This document shows, one piece after another, positions 19,440 through 30,931 of a stretch of 64,000 bases of DNA. Where the stretch lies: contig CAWJIM010000018.1 of assembly GCA_963842945.1 (NCBI GenBank), positions 84,550 to 148,549 of the forward strand. The letters are read 5' to 3'. The stretch's first letter is position 1. Each line of letters begins with the position of its first letter. The translations under genes and the position numbers were made by a program. This stretch comes from an uncultured Gemmatimonadales bacterium. GTDB lineage: Bacteria; Gemmatimonadota; Gemmatimonadetes; Gemmatimonadales; GWC2-71-9. The notes beneath the pieces were generated by a model. That model was not told where the DNA came from and ran no database searches. It was given only the letters and a program-made list of their open reading frames with translations.

Positions 19440-21194
19440 TTACGGAGATATATGCGGCGTGAGCGCGCAGAGCCGCGCCTGGAGACTGCTCATGCCGTTC
19501 CAGTCGTCGCATTCAATTCGGAAGGCCACGTCGACCGGTTCGTCTCCCAGCCAGGGCACCCGGTCGGCCCACTGAAACCCGATGGTCCACAACCGGGTGG
19601 TGCCGTCATCCAGAGCTCCCTTGAGGTGGCCGTTGCCCACCACACTGCGGCTGGTGAAGCGCACGCCGCGGATGCCGAACACCGGGCCGGGATTGCCCTG
19701 TCCGCAAGGCTCGAGATAGCGGCAGAGCCGCTCGAGGTCCCGGGTGACCTCGCGCAAGGAGACCTCCAGGTCGACCCGCTGCTCCGGGCCGAGATCGTCC
19801 GGACCGAGCGACTGCCGGGCCACATCGCCAAACCGCTCGCGAAAGGCATCCAGCTGGCCCCGGCGGATGGTCAGTCCGGCCGCCATATGGTGACCGCCGT
19901 AGCGCTCGAGCAAGTCGCCACAGGAGAGCAGCGCCGAATGGAGATTGAATCGGGAGGTGCTCCGCCCTGAGCCTTTGCCGATTTCGCCGTCAAACGCTAT
20001 CAGAAACGTGGGCCGCCCGTACCGCTCCACCACGCGAGAGGCGACGATGCCTACGACTCCGGGATGCCAGCCTTCGCCCGACAAGACGAACCCGGCATCG
20101 CGCTCGGGGTGGGCGGTACGCTCGACCTGCTCCAGAGCCTCGTCGAGAATGCGCTGATCCAGCGCCTGACGCTCCGTGTTGAGCGCCTCGAGCTTCTGGG
20201 CCAGGGCTGCCGCTTCTGCCGGATCGTCACACAGGAGGAGCCTGAGCCCGTCGGTGGCGTCGCCCACCCGGCCGGCCGCGTTGAGCCGGGGTCCCAGAAT
20301 GAAGCCCAGGTGGTGGGCCTTTATCTCTTTGCCGCTGAGGCCGGTGGCGTCGAGCAGGGCCCGGATGCCGGGCCAGCGGCTCTCGTGCAGCACCTTGAGG
20401 CCGTGCTTGACCAGGATGCGATTCTCTCCCTGCAGCGGCACTACGTCGGCCACGGTGGCGAGAGCGACCAGATCGAGAAGGTGAAACGGCAGGTTGGCCG
20501 GCAATCCCAGGGCCGGCACCAGGGCCTGCACCAGCTTGAAGGCGATGCCCGTGCCGCAGAGCTGATTGGCGCCGGAAGTGTCGTCTTCCCTTTGCGGATC
20601 GATGACCGAGAGCGCCGGCGGCAGCTGTTCTCCCGGCAAGTGGTGATCGGTCACGACCACATCGATGCCGGCTGACCGGGCGGCAACAACCGTGTCATAC
20701 GCGGTAATACCGCAGTCGCAGGTGATCACCAGAGAAGCCCCGGCAGCCCGGGCAGCCTCCAGGCCGGCCGGCCCGAAGTCGTAGCCATCGCGAAGCCGGT
20801 GGGGCAGGAATGGGAGCACGTCGGCCCCGGCGACGCGCAAGGCGCGGGTGAGTAGCGTCGAGGCGCACTGGCCATCGACATCGTAATCGCCATGCACCAG
20901 AATGCGGCCGCCCGACCTGATAGTGGAGACGATGGCCTCCACTGCTTCCGCCATGCCGGCGAGCCGCCACGGGTCGGAGAGCTCAGCCAGGGCGGGACGC
21001 AGGAAGCGACGAGCCGCCTCCTCACTATCGTAGCCACGCTGGACCAGCAGCCCGGCGAGTGCAGTCGGAAGATTGAGCGCGGTGGCGAGCGCCTGAACCT
21101 GGGCTGGATCGGGCCGAGGCACGACTCTCCAGCGCAGCACGGGTGGAGGAAAGACGCTCACCCTGGGGAGTGTATCGGTTTCGGGAGCAGTCAC
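19440..21194 (-). CDS. recJ: ssDNA exonuclease RecJ
   Basis: GDYDVDG, TCDCG, TDHH, DVVPL.GENR, PRLNAAGR, GSGRS, GGH..AAG. Confidence 0.97.
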   Translation of the reverse strand: MTAPETDTLPRVSVFPPPVLRWRVVPRPDPAQVQALATALNLPTALAGLLVQRGYDSEEAARRFLRPALAELSDPWRLAGMAEAVEAIVSTIRSGGRILVHGDYDVDGQCASTLLTRALRVAGADVLPFLPHRLRDGYDFGPAGLEAARAAGASLVITCDCGITAYDTVVAARSAGIDVVVTDHHLPGEQLPPALSVIDPQREDDTSGANQLCGTGIAFKLVQALVPALGLPANLPFHLLDLVALATVADVVPLQGENRILVKHGLKVLHESRWPGIRALLDATGLSGKEIKAHHLGFILGPRLNAAGRVGDATDGLRLLLCDDPAEAAALAQKLEALNTERQALDQRILDEALEQVERTAHPERDAGFVLSGEGWHPGVVGIVASRVVERYGRPTFLIAFDGEIGKGSGRSTSRFNLHSALLSCGDLLERYGGHHMAAGLTIRRGQLDAFRERFGDVARQSLGPDDLGPEQRVDLEVSLREVTRDLERLCRYLEPCGQGNPGPVFGIRGVRFTSRSVVGNGHLKGALDDGTTRLWTIGFQWADRVPWLGDEPVDVAFRIECDDWNGMSSLQARLCALTPHISP

Positions 21195-21910
21195 GCTGAT
21201 CCGCTCGGCTCAGATGGGTACAGAATTGCGCCGCAGGCTTCACATCCGTCTATAACCGAACCCGCCTTGATCTGGCTTCGCCGATTCAGCGTCACCGCGG
21301 TATGACAACCCCCGCAGGCGCCGCCCACCAGCGGCACCACAACATCGGTGGACCGGCTCCGGCGCAGGCGGTCGTAGCGGGTCCGGAGCGGCCGGTCGAT
21401 GGTGGCAGCACTCAATTCCCGCTCGCGCAGCGCCGCCGCCCGTTCTACCTCAAGGGCAGCCCGCCGCTGGCCCAGTAAGGCACGTTCTTCGGCCTGAGAC
21501 GATTCGATCGTCTTCAGGTTGGATTCCTCGGCCTGAACCCTGATCTCCAGCTGTACTACGCCGTCGGCGGTCCGAACCCAGTCGCCCTCCTCCTTGGCCA
21601 TGACCGAGCGGGCCAGGTCGAGCTCCGCCATCACTGCTGAGGCCTCCTTGGAGGTCTTGACCTGGTCCAGCCGCTGCTTGCGCCGGTCCTGCAGCAGGCG
21701 ATAGCTCTCGATCTTTGCTTCCAGCTCATCGCGCCGCTGCCGCCCGTCCGCCAGAGCCCGTTGCGCCGCGTCGAGAGTCTCCCGGGCACGCTGCAGTGCC
21801 TGATCGAGCGCCGCCGCATTCCGGTCCAGCGCGGTGAGTCGTTGCTCGGCGTCGTGGAGGACGGCGTCCTTGGCTTGGAGGTCGAGCAGCTTGATGAGAT
21901 CGGCGTGCAT
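21191..21910 (-). CDS. Coiled-coil protein with C4 zinc ribbon (DUF164/CT398-like)
   Basis: Long coiled coil, then CGGCH...CEACGAILY. Confidence 0.85.
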   Translation of the reverse strand: MHADLIKLLDLQAKDAVLHDAEQRLTALDRNAAALDQALQRARETLDAAQRALADGRQRRDELEAKIESYRLLQDRRKQRLDQVKTSKEASAVMAELDLARSVMAKEEGDWVRTADGVVQLEIRVQAEESNLKTIESSQAEERALLGQRRAALEVERAAALRERELSAATIDRPLRTRYDRLRRSRSTDVVVPLVGGACGGCHTAVTLNRRSQIKAGSVIDGCEACGAILYPSEPSGSA

Positions 21911-23699
21911 TCAGGAGCCCCTGAGCCGATTGGCAGCTCGGACACCGCGCATCACAGTGTACCAGCGGTCCGCCTCGGGATACAACCGCTGGAGCTCCTC
22001 TCTGCGCCGCCGCTTCTCACCGGGATCGCTAATGGAGGAGATCTTCTCGTACTCGGGTCTGGCACGAAGGATCTGGGAAGCTTGATCAAAGGTCCCCAAC
22101 TGATCGCTGCCTACAAGCCTTTGGGAGGCTTCCTTCAAGCGGATCCACGCCGACTCGGCTTCGGGCGACAATGACTCCGGCAGCTGAGCCGTCCCGGCTT
22201 CCGAACGCAATAAAGCCTCGAACACTTCCCGCAGTCGCGCGGGACTGGAACAGAGCGGGACTGAGCTCCGTCCGGGCCCGCTCGATCCAGTCGAGCGAGG
22301 CAAACATGGCCTTCAACAATTGGGTCTCTGGACCGGTCCTGGTGCGGGCCGGAGTGGCGGGCGCGGCGGCGGGTTGTCTCGGCGCCGGGGCCGGTCCACG
22401 TCCCACCTGCTGATATCCACTCCGCACCTCTGCCAGCTCCCGCTCCAGCACCTCTTTGCTGATCTTGGTTCGCTCCGACGCCAACGAAAGATACAGCTCT
22501 CGAGTGATGGGATCTGCTGCCGCGCGAATGGTTGGGAGCAGGCGATCGACCGCGTCCCGCAGATGCTCGAACCCATCGAAGTAACCCTTCCGCTCCATGA
22601 TCTGGATCTTGCGCTCGAACACGTCGACCGCGTCGCGGAGAACCTGGTCCAGCGCATCCACGCCTCCCGACTTGACCAGCGTGTCCGGATCTTCGCCCGG
22701 GGGAAGTGTGGCCACCCGGACCCGCACCTGGTGACGCAGCAGCTCGTCGCCGGCGCGGAAGGTCGCCTTCAGTCCGGCCTGGTCGCTGTCGTACAGGAGG
22801 GTAGCGCTCGAAGCGTAGCGCTTGAGCAAGGCCGCCTGGTCCGCGGTGAGCGCCGTGCCCAGCGGCGCCACCACATGTTCGACGCCGGCCAGCATCAGCC
22901 GCAGCACATCGAAGTACCCCTCCACCAGGATCACCAGTTCTTCTTTTCGGATCGGCCCCTTGGCCTGGTGCAGATTGTACAGCTGCTTCCCCTTGTGAAA
23001 TATCGGGGTCTCCGGGGAGTTGAGGTACTTCGGCTCACCCTCGGTGAGTAGCCGCCCACCGAACCCGACCACTCTGCCCCGGAGATCATGGATGGGAAAG
23101 AGCAGGCGGCCGCGAAACCGGGCGCTCACTTGACCATCGTCCCGCTGGGCCGCAAGGCCCGCTTCAAGCAGGACTGCATGCTCGATCCCCAGTTTCTGCA
23201 TCGCCTCGAGGAACGCTTTCCCCTGGGGCGCGAAGCCCAGCCCCAATAGAGCGGCCGTGTCCAGAGGCACGTCGCGGCGCTCCAGATACTCCCGGGCGAT
23301 TCTGGCATCCGGCAGCTCCAGCAGCTGACGGGCGAACCAGTCGTGCGCCGCCGCAACCGCCGTGTACAAGGCCTCGTGCGGATCGGGTCCGGCCCGGTCG
23401 GGCCGGTCTGGAATGTTTACGCCCACCCGTTTGGCCGCCTCCCGGACCGCATCGGGGTAGCCCAGGCCCATGCGTTTCATGAACCAGGAGAATACGTCGC
23501 CCGACTCATGGCACACGAAACAGTAGTAACGCCCTTTCTTGGGGATGACCGTGAAGTTCCGATTGGTACCTCCGTGGAAGGGACACGGTCCCCGGTAATC
23601 GGCACCGGTGCGCTTGAGCGAGACCGACTCTCCGATCAGCGCAACCAGGTCGGTGCTGTCCCGCACCTGCTCGATGGTATCCTCAGGGATCATGCTCAC
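21911..23699 (-). CDS. dnaG: DNA primase; apparent frameshift ~22240
   Basis: CPFH zinc finger, GFGGR, KYLNSPET, EGYFD, YDSDQAG, DPD. Confidence 0.96.
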
Positions 23700-26146
23700 G
23701 CGGAGAACTCGACGATGGTGACTCCGGTCCCGCCCTGATTGCGCGGCGCGAACCCGTATCGCGAGATCCGACGGTCCCGCGACACAACTCGGCGGACTCG
23801 CTCCCGCACCGCTCCCGTTCCCATGCCGTGAATGATTCTGAGGTACGGCTGTTCGGCCAACACGGCCGCGTCCACCGCGGCGACGGTGGCGGTCTCGGCC
23901 TCGTCGCCGGTCATGCCCCGGAGGTCGATTTCCAGCGGGGCAGCCGGGCCGCTGGGCAGATGGGCCGAGTCGCTACGCGTCTTTCGCTGCTCGCGTTTGG
24001 ACACGCTCGAGACGGTCGAAGGATCTGCCACCATCCTTATGGCGCCGGCAGCAACCACGACTTTCCCATCGGACCGAATCTCGATGACCTCACCGGTACC
24101 CCCGGTCTCCAGTCGGACTGTTGAGCCTATCTCCAGCATATCCGCCCCGCTTCCCCGCTGCCCCGCTTCCCCGCTGTTCACCAACGCCTGCCCCTGCTCC
24201 ACGATTGCCTCTTCCACCAGCCTCCGCGCCTCACGGGCAGCCGCGTCGTCCACCGCACCGCGTGCTTGAGCCAATGCGTCTTCGACCCTCTGCCTTGCCT
24301 CCATCAGGTGCGCGCGGGCAAGTCTTCTTCCCTCCCGGTCGGCCTCTTTCTCCCGCCGCTTCAACTCTGCGTCGCGTGCGGTTTGACTCTCTTCCTGGAC
24401 TCTGAGTCGCGCATTCAGGGAATCCAGCTCTATCGTCCGCTCCTCCAGCTCCTGCTGCCTCATTCGCAATTCTCGTTCGCGCTCCTCGACGGCTGCCAGC
24501 AAGGCATCCAATCGCCGTTCCGCATCGGGTACCCGGGCCTCAGCGTCGGCCAGAATTGCCGGACCAACGCCGAGCCGGCGAGCGATGGCCAGGCCATAGG
24601 ACCGTCCAGGTACACCTTTGAGGAGGCGGTAAGTCGGCGTGAGAGTGGCTGCGTCGAACTGAAGAGACGCGTTCACGATACCCTCGGTCTGGCTGGCCAG
24701 CTCTTTCAGGGCGCCGAGGTGGGTGGTGGCGAGCGTTACCGAACTGCGCTCAGTCAGGGAGACCAGGGTGGCCGCCGCCAACGCGGCGCCCTCCACTGGA
24801 TCGGTCCCACTCCCGATCTCGTCCAGCAGCACGAGGGTGGCCTCGTCCGCCTGATCCAGTACCTGTCGCAGCATGCGAACGTGAGCGCTGAATGTCGAGA
24901 GGCTCGCCGCGATCGATTGCTGGTCTCCGATGTCGGCGTACATGCGCCGGAAGACCGGCAGGGTGCTTCCCTCACCCACCGGCGGGATGATGCCGGAGGC
25001 GGCAAGCGCGGCGGCCAGACCGACGGCCTTGAGCAGGACGGTCTTTCCGCCCGTGTTTGGACCGGTGACCAGCAGAGTGCGTTCGTCCAGCGCGAGCTCC
25101 AGGTCGAAGGGGACCACCTCGATCGTTCCCGGCAGGAGAAGCGGGTGTCGCCCGTTCACGATCCTGAGAGGAGCGGGCGCTTCGGCCACAGCCGGCTTTT
25201 CGCCCCCTACCGCGACGGCGTATCTGGAGCGGGCGACCAGATCATCCACCCCAACGCACATCTCCACGATTTCCCGGAGTACGGTGAAATGCGGTCGGAG
25301 CAGGTCGGTGAGCTCCCGGAGCACCCGGAGCGTCTCCCGCTCCTCCTCAACCTGAGCCTCACGCAGCGCATTGCCCAGTTCTATGGTCTCCGAGGGCTCG
25401 ATGAACAGGGTGCCCGCGCTGCCGGACTCGTCGTGGATGATGCCCGGGGGCCGGCTCCGGGAATCCCGCCGGACCGGGATGACGTAACGGTTTCCCCGCA
25501 CTGTCACCGAGGCGTCCGAAGGAGTCGAGCCGCTCTCCAGACCGCGAAGCAGCGTGTCGAGCCGGCGGAGGAGGCGCTGTCGGGCGGCCTGGACTTCGCG
25601 CCGGGCGGCGGCCAGCCGGGGACTTGCCGTGTCCAGCAGGTTTCCATCGGGGTCCACCGATTGATCCAGCCTCCGCTCCAGCGTCTTCTCCGGCAACGGA
25701 CGCAGCAACTCAGCGGTAAGCGGCGCGAGATGGGCAATGCGCTCGAGATCGGCGTGAACCGTTCGCGCGGCTCGGAGGACTTGGAGCAGGGCGACCAGGT
25801 CCACGCCTTCGAGCACGCTTCCATTGATGCGTAGCCGGGCGAGGACCTGGGTGACGTCGGGGATCGCTTCGGAGACTAAACCGTCACCCCGGCGAAAGAG
25901 GCCGGCCACCTCGCCCACCCGGTCAAGCTCGGCTCGAATCCAGTTCAGGCCTTGCGTGGGGCGCCGGCTCCGGACCCGCGCGGCGCCGAGCGGGCCCGCT
26001 GCGTGCTCGGCGACCAGATCGAGCACCGCCTGGAATTCGATGGTCTCCAGCGCGTCGGCAATCTGCGTCTCCGGCAACGGCGACGGGGTGCCGCCCTTGA
26101 TCTGGGCCGGCACCCCGTCGGGAGAGAGGAATTCCACCTGCGCCAT
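23696..26146 (-). CDS. mutS2: Endonuclease MutS2
   Basis: TGPNTGGKT, DEIGSGTDP, TTH, and a C-terminal Smr domain (IIHGMGTG). Confidence 0.95.
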   Translation of the reverse strand: MAQVEFLSPDGVPAQIKGGTPSPLPETQIADALETIEFQAVLDLVAEHAAGPLGAARVRSRRPTQGLNWIRAELDRVGEVAGLFRRGDGLVSEAIPDVTQVLARLRINGSVLEGVDLVALLQVLRAARTVHADLERIAHLAPLTAELLRPLPEKTLERRLDQSVDPDGNLLDTASPRLAAARREVQAARQRLLRRLDTLLRGLESGSTPSDASVTVRGNRYVIPVRRDSRSRPPGIIHDESGSAGTLFIEPSETIELGNALREAQVEEERETLRVLRELTDLLRPHFTVLREIVEMCVGVDDLVARSRYAVAVGGEKPAVAEAPAPLRIVNGRHPLLLPGTIEVVPFDLELALDERTLLVTGPNTGGKTVLLKAVGLAAALAASGIIPPVGEGSTLPVFRRMYADIGDQQSIAASLSTFSAHVRMLRQVLDQADEATLVLLDEIGSGTDPVEGAALAAATLVSLTERSSVTLATTHLGALKELASQTEGIVNASLQFDAATLTPTYRLLKGVPGRSYGLAIARRLGVGPAILADAEARVPDAERRLDALLAAVEERERELRMRQQELEERTIELDSLNARLRVQEESQTARDAELKRREKEADREGRRLARAHLMEARQRVEDALAQARGAVDDAAAREARRLVEEAIVEQGQALVNSGEAGQRGSGADMLEIGSTVRLETGGTGEVIEIRSDGKVVVAAGAIRMVADPSTVSSVSKREQRKTRSDSAHLPSGPAAPLEIDLRGMTGDEAETATVAAVDAAVLAEQPYLRIIHGMGTGAVRERVRRVVSRDRRISRYGFAPRNQGGTGVTIVEFSA
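24145..24176. repeat. Four copies of CCCCGCT(T/G) inside mutS2
   Basis: ccccgctt ccccgctg ccccgctt ccccgctg. Confidence 0.85.
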
Positions 26147-26595
26147 CAGCCGGCCTGCAGCTCCTCACGCACAATCTGGTTGATCAACTTTCCGTCGGCC
26201 CGGCCCTTGTACTTCGGCAACACTTGGGACATGACCTTGCCGATGTCCTTGGCGCCAGCCCCGATCGCACTCCGGACTGCGGCGCGAATCTCCTCCGGAT
26301 CGACCGCCGGTGGCAGGAACTCCTCCAGAATCTTGATCTGGCCCGCCTCGGCCTCCGCCAGATCCGGCCGGGCGGCGCTGGTGTACTGCTCCACGGCCTC
26401 CCGGCGGATCTTGATGCCCTTGCGGAGGACATCGGTTACCTCATCGTCGGTGGCGGGCCGGCGGAGCTCGATCTCTCGATTCTTCAGGTTGGCCAGGATC
26501 GTACCGAGGACCAGGGTGCGTACTTTATCCTGCGCCTTACGCGCGGCGTTCAACGCGGCGCGCAGGGTTGAGGCAAGGTCAGACGCGGGGGACAC
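26146..26595 (-). CDS. GatB/YqeY domain protein
   Basis: [15 protein letters not shown]...GKVM...GRADGK; rpsU-yqeY context; start uncertain. Confidence 0.9.
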   Translation of the reverse strand: MSPASDLASTLRAALNAARKAQDKVRTLVLGTILANLKNREIELRRPATDDEVTDVLRKGIKIRREAVEQYTSAARPDLAEAEAGQIKILEEFLPPAVDPEEIRAAVRSAIGAGAKDIGKVMSQVLPKYKGRADGKLINQIVREELQAG

Positions 26596-26776
26596 GCGGA
26601 CCACGGCGGCTCTTGCGGACTGCGGCGCTCATTTTCCGCTTCCGCTTTTCGCTCGGCTTTTCGAAGTGACGGTGCTTGCGAAGATCCGACAGAATTCCGG
26701 CTTTTTCGCACTTCTTCTTGAACCGCTTTAGTGCCCGCTCGAAGCTCTCGTCATCGTGAATGATGACCTCTGGCAT
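26579..26776 (-). CDS. rpsU: 30S ribosomal protein S21
   Basis: [12 protein letters not shown]...[11 protein letters not shown]. Confidence 0.97.
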   Translation of the reverse strand: MPEVIIHDDESFERALKRFKKKCEKAGILSDLRKHRHFEKPSEKRKRKMSAAVRKSRRGPRVPRV

Positions 26777-26829
26777 TCGCTTACTCACCCCTCTCGGCCC
26801 GGTAAGGGCAGAAATTCTAAGAAGTTGGA

Positions 26830-26857
26830 AAATTATTGGCTGTCCGGCTGGAGTCAA
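26830..26857 (-). promoter_or_regulatory. Possible sigma70 promoter of rpsU
   Basis: TTGACT-16 nt-TAATTT in an AT-rich gap. Confidence 0.4.
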
Positions 26858-26879
26858 ATATTGTGCGAGAATGATGCCA

Positions 26880-27227
26880 TCACCCTGGAGGCCAACTCAA
26901 CTTTCTTCCACCAAGCAAATGAAAATGCAGATGATCGACGCTCTGGCCAGCATTCTTTCCCGTGTTCGTCACAATCCGGTAGCCATCACGGTCGAGACCT
27001 TGCTCGGCTGCCACCTCGGCGGCAAAGGCGAGGAGCCGGCCCAGCAAACGCTCTCCGTCTGGGCCTTCAGCGTTCCGGACGGCTGCCACGTGGCTGGTGG
27101 GAATCACCAGCACGTGCACCGGCGCCTTGGCATCGATGTCCCGGAAGGCCAGCGCTTCGTCCGAACGCTTGACGATCGTAGCCGGAATCTCTCCGGCCAC
27201 GATCCGGCAAAACAGGCAGTCAGCCAT
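26880..27227 (-). CDS. HIT family nucleotide-binding protein
   Basis: [28 protein letters not shown]. Confidence 0.95.
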   Translation of the reverse strand: MADCLFCRIVAGEIPATIVKRSDEALAFRDIDAKAPVHVLVIPTSHVAAVRNAEGPDGERLLGRLLAFAAEVAAEQGLDRDGYRIVTNTGKNAGQSVDHLHFHLLGGRKLSWPPG

Positions 27228-27930
27228 GGGCGCTCCGCATCCGGGCGTGGGTCACCGCCGCAGCGGCGGCAAGGGCGGCGGTCTCGAAGCGAAGGGTGTG
27301 GAGGCCCAGGCTCACGAGCCGGTAGCCCGCCGCAACTGCGGTCTCCCGCTCAGTCGAGGTCAGTCCGCCCTCCGGGCCTATGATAACCGTCACCGCCCCA
27401 GCATCCAGCGATGCCGGAGCCGGAGCACCGCACTCATCCGCCAGCCACGCCGTGCCATCCACCGGTTCTCTCGCGAATGCGCCGAGCGTCTTGGGAGGAT
27501 CGACGGCGGGGACCCAGGCGGCGCCACATTGTTTGATGGCGTCCAGCGCCGAGCGGCGGAGCCGGTCCAGGTGAATGTCCTTCAATCGGGTGGCCACTCC
27601 GCCAGTCCGCTCGCTCTGGAGCGGGACGATTCTGGTCACTCCCAGCTCGACCGATTTCTCCACCATCCAGGAAAACCGGTCCCGGTCGCCCATGGCAACC
27701 GCTAGCGTGAGGGGCGCCGAAGGGGGCTGCAGCTGGGCGGAGCCAATCTCCACCATCCATTCACGCCCCGATTGGATCAGGGTTCCCGTTCCCATGAAGC
27801 CAGCGCCATCCAGGACCTCTACCGTTTCTCCATCCCGGGCGCGCCTGACCTTCAGATGATGTGCCTCGTGTTCATCCAGGCCGACCCGCTTCCCCGCTCC
27901 CCCGGTTCCCCCCGGTATGACCACCTTCAT
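27220..27930 (-). CDS. rsmE: 16S rRNA m3U1498 methyltransferase
   Basis: HHLKVRR, EKSVELGV, IGPEGG, LRFETA. Confidence 0.93.
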   Translation of the reverse strand: MKVVIPGGTGGAGKRVGLDEHEAHHLKVRRARDGETVEVLDGAGFMGTGTLIQSGREWMVEIGSAQLQPPSAPLTLAVAMGDRDRFSWMVEKSVELGVTRIVPLQSERTGGVATRLKDIHLDRLRRSALDAIKQCGAAWVPAVDPPKTLGAFAREPVDGTAWLADECGAPAPASLDAGAVTVIIGPEGGLTSTERETAVAAGYRLVSLGLHTLRFETAALAAAAAVTHARMRSAHG

Positions 27931-28763
27931 TCCGGGCGCTCGGCAGCCACCCCCCACCACCCTGCGTCGAGTGTCTCCTGAACTACGCTGAATCCGGCGG
28001 CGATGAGATCGCGGCGGAACTGGTCGGCCTCGCTCTGCTCCATTCCGGAGAAGATGGCAAGGGCTCCCGGCCGGAGTGATGCCGCGATCAGCGGCAGAAG
28101 GGTGGTGTTGACGGTCCGCAGAATATTGGAGAGCAGGAGATCGGCCGGACCGGCCAGGGGAGCCAGGGTCCCGGCGTCGCCCTCGAGAAACTCTACCCGT
28201 TCGTCCACGCCGTTCCGGGCAGCATTGCGATGGGCCACCTCGTTCGCTTCGGCGTCGATCTCGATGCCGATCGCCCTCGCTGCGCCGAGCTTGATGGCGG
28301 CTATGGTAAGGATGCCACTCCCGCTTCCGAGGTCGAGCACCCGGTCGCCCGGTTTGATCAGCCGGCTCAGCAGAGTCAGCGCCGCGCGGGTAGATCCGTG
28401 CTCGCCGCTGCCGAACGCGGTTTCGGGGTCGAGCACGACGGTGAGCGGGTCCGGATCCGCGGCCTCGGGCAACCAGGATGGGACAATCGTGAGTCGGCCC
28501 AGCTGACGGGGGCCCAGCCCTTCGCGCCAGCGGGTGGACCAGTCCTCCGCCTCGATTGGGTGGCGCTCGGTCTCTACTGGTCCGTCCCCGCTTCGGTCCA
28601 GCTCGCGGACAAGGGCATTGGCCGCGTCTTCGTCCGGCGCAAAGGCGACCAGCGTGCCATCGTCACGCTCTTCCACCGCCTGACCGGTTCGTGCCACCAG
28701 CCAGGCACCCAACACCTCTCTGCGATCGGCGGCTGCCCGAACGTCGATGGCCCACCAGCTCAT
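27927..28763 (-). CDS. prmA: Ribosomal protein L11 methyltransferase
   Basis: AFGSGEHGST, VLDLGSGSGIL, SNIL. Confidence 0.93.
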   Translation of the reverse strand: MSWWAIDVRAAADRREVLGAWLVARTGQAVEERDDGTLVAFAPDEDAANALVRELDRSGDGPVETERHPIEAEDWSTRWREGLGPRQLGRLTIVPSWLPEAADPDPLTVVLDPETAFGSGEHGSTRAALTLLSRLIKPGDRVLDLGSGSGILTIAAIKLGAARAIGIEIDAEANEVAHRNAARNGVDERVEFLEGDAGTLAPLAGPADLLLSNILRTVNTTLLPLIAASLRPGALAIFSGMEQSEADQFRRDLIAAGFSVVQETLDAGWWGVAAERPE

Positions 28764-29890
28764 GCGCCGAGCGCCTCCTTGAGCTTGGACCAGAAGCCGG
28801 GCGCGCGCTTGGGTGCCTCTCCTTCGAGCTTGGCAAGCTCGCGGAAAAGCCGCTCCTGCTCGTCCGTGAGGCGCTCCGGCGTCCACACATGTACTCGCAC
28901 CAGGAGGTCACCCTTGCTGTCCTGTCCCAGGACCGGAAGTCCCTTTCCCCGAAGCCGGAGCACCGTCTCCGGCTGAGTACCGGGAGGAATCCGAAGCCGC
29001 TCTTCGCCGTACGGCGTGGGCACCTCGTGCTCACCGCCGAGCGCCGCCTGGGAAAATGCGAGCGGAAGGTCGAAGATCAGGTCGTCGCCCTGACGCTCGA
29101 ACCGATCGTCCTCCTTGATATCCAGCATCACGAGGAGATCGCCGCTGGGCCCGTTGCGCGGGCCGGCCGCACCCTGTCCCCTAAGCGTCAGATAGTTGTT
29201 GGTGGACACGCCGGCGGGGATATCCACCGTCACACTGCGGTCGCCCCGCACCCGGCCCTCGCCCCGGCAGACGTCACAGGTCTCGCGAATGACGCTGCCC
29301 TCCCCGCCACAGGTGGGACATGGTGCCACCGAGATGAACTGCCCGAACATGCTGCGGGTGGCGCGGCGGACCTCGCCGCTCCCGTTGCAGGTGCCGCAGG
29401 TGGTCGGCTTGGTCCCGGGCTTCGCTCCGGTGCCCTCGCAGGTGGTACAACGCTCCAGACTCTTGAGCTTGACCGTCTTCTTGGCGCCGAGGGCGACCTC
29501 CTGCAGTGTGAGCCGAACGGTCACCCGGATGTCCTGGCCCCGCCGCTCTTCCGCCCTGGTCCGCCGGCCGCCGAAGAGGCCCTCGAGGCCACCCATGGCG
29601 CCGAAATCGCGCATGAAGATGTTCAGCGCTTCGCTCAGATCCACGTGGTGAAAGCCGAAGCCACCGGCAGCTCCGCCGATCCCGGCCCTGCCGTAGCGAT
29701 CGTAGGCTGCCCGTTTCTGCGGATCGCGCAGGATCTCGTACGCCTCGGTGATCTCCTTGAACTTCGCCTCTGCTTCCGGCGACTGGTTCCGGTCCGGATG
29801 GTATTCCATCGCCAGCTTCCGGTAGGCCTTCTTGATCTCGGCTTCGGAAGCGTCCCGGGAGACACCGAGCAGGGCGTAGAATTCGCTCAC
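28760..29890 (-). CDS. dnaJ: Chaperone DnaJ
   Basis: J-domain HPD and four CxxCxGxG motifs. Confidence 0.97.
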   Translation of the reverse strand: MSEFYALLGVSRDASEAEIKKAYRKLAMEYHPDRNQSPEAEAKFKEITEAYEILRDPQKRAAYDRYGRAGIGGAAGGFGFHHVDLSEALNIFMRDFGAMGGLEGLFGGRRTRAEERRGQDIRVTVRLTLQEVALGAKKTVKLKSLERCTTCEGTGAKPGTKPTTCGTCNGSGEVRRATRSMFGQFISVAPCPTCGGEGSVIRETCDVCRGEGRVRGDRSVTVDIPAGVSTNNYLTLRGQGAAGPRNGPSGDLLVMLDIKEDDRFERQGDDLIFDLPLAFSQAALGGEHEVPTPYGEERLRIPPGTQPETVLRLRGKGLPVLGQDSKGDLLVRVHVWTPERLTDEQERLFRELAKLEGEAPKRAPGFWSKLKEALGA

Positions 29891-30922
29891 TCCAGCAATC
29901 CTTCCACCAGACGGCTGGTATGCTCCACCAGGCCGATGATTTTGTCGTAGGGCATGCGGGTAGGGCCCATCACTCCGATAACACCCTTCAGGCTGCCGGC
30001 CTCGTAGGAGGAGGTGACCAGGGTAAAGTCGCTGAGCCTGGCATCGGGATTTTCGGCCCCGATGGTCACGGAAAGCCCCCGCTGCCGGCGGGATTCCAGC
30101 GCCTGTTTCAGGAGATCGCGTCCCTCGGTGAGCCGGAGGAGCTCGCGCATCCGGGCGTTGGAGGCGAACTCCGGCTGATCCGCCAGCATTTGGGCGCTAC
30201 CCAGCACCACCCCATACTCGTCCGTTCGACAGATCGAAGAGACCATCGCCCTCGGCGATGAAGATGTTGAGCAGCTCGCGATCGTCCTCGCTCCCGCAGT
30301 CCCGTAGCCGCTCGGAAAGCGTCGCCCGAATATCCTTGAGGGTGAGTCCAGCCAGCCGCTGATTGAGGATCTTCGCCACCTGCTGCACGGCGTTGGGAGC
30401 CACTACCCGGGGGACTTCCACGAAGATCGTGCGGACCACACCGCTCCGGAGATTGAACACCAGGAGCAGGCGTTCGGAGCTCACCTGAACCAGCTCGAGT
30501 CGCTCCAGCACCACCTGATCCAGAGCGGGCGCCACCGCCACGCCCAGCTCCTGGGTAAGAACTCCGAGGACCTGGGCGGCTCGCCGGAGAATCTCTTCTA
30601 CCGCACTACGGGGGACTGCCAGCTCCGCTCGCAGCGTGTGCTGTTGCTCGTGACTCGGGGGAGACAGCCGCATGATGGCATCCACATACACCCGATAGGC
30701 CCGGTCGGTGGGGATCCGCCCGGCGGAGGTGTGCGGATGAAAGAGGAAGCCCTTGTCTTCCAGTTCGCTCATGGTGTTGCGAATCGTGGCTGGAGAGACG
30801 CCCAGACCGAACTTCCGGGCAATCGTCTGACTGCCCGCCGGCTCGGCGGTCTCGATATACGTCTGCACCACGGCTTCGAGCACCCGAAGCTCGCGCTCGC
30901 TCAACTGCTCTGATAGCGGCAT
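29887..30922 (-). CDS. hrcA: Heat-inducible repressor HrcA; apparent frameshift ~30205
   Basis: SPATIRN.M..LE, PHTSAGRIPT, then GVMGPTRMPY in a second frame. Confidence 0.94.
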
Positions 30923-30931
30923 GGAACAAAT

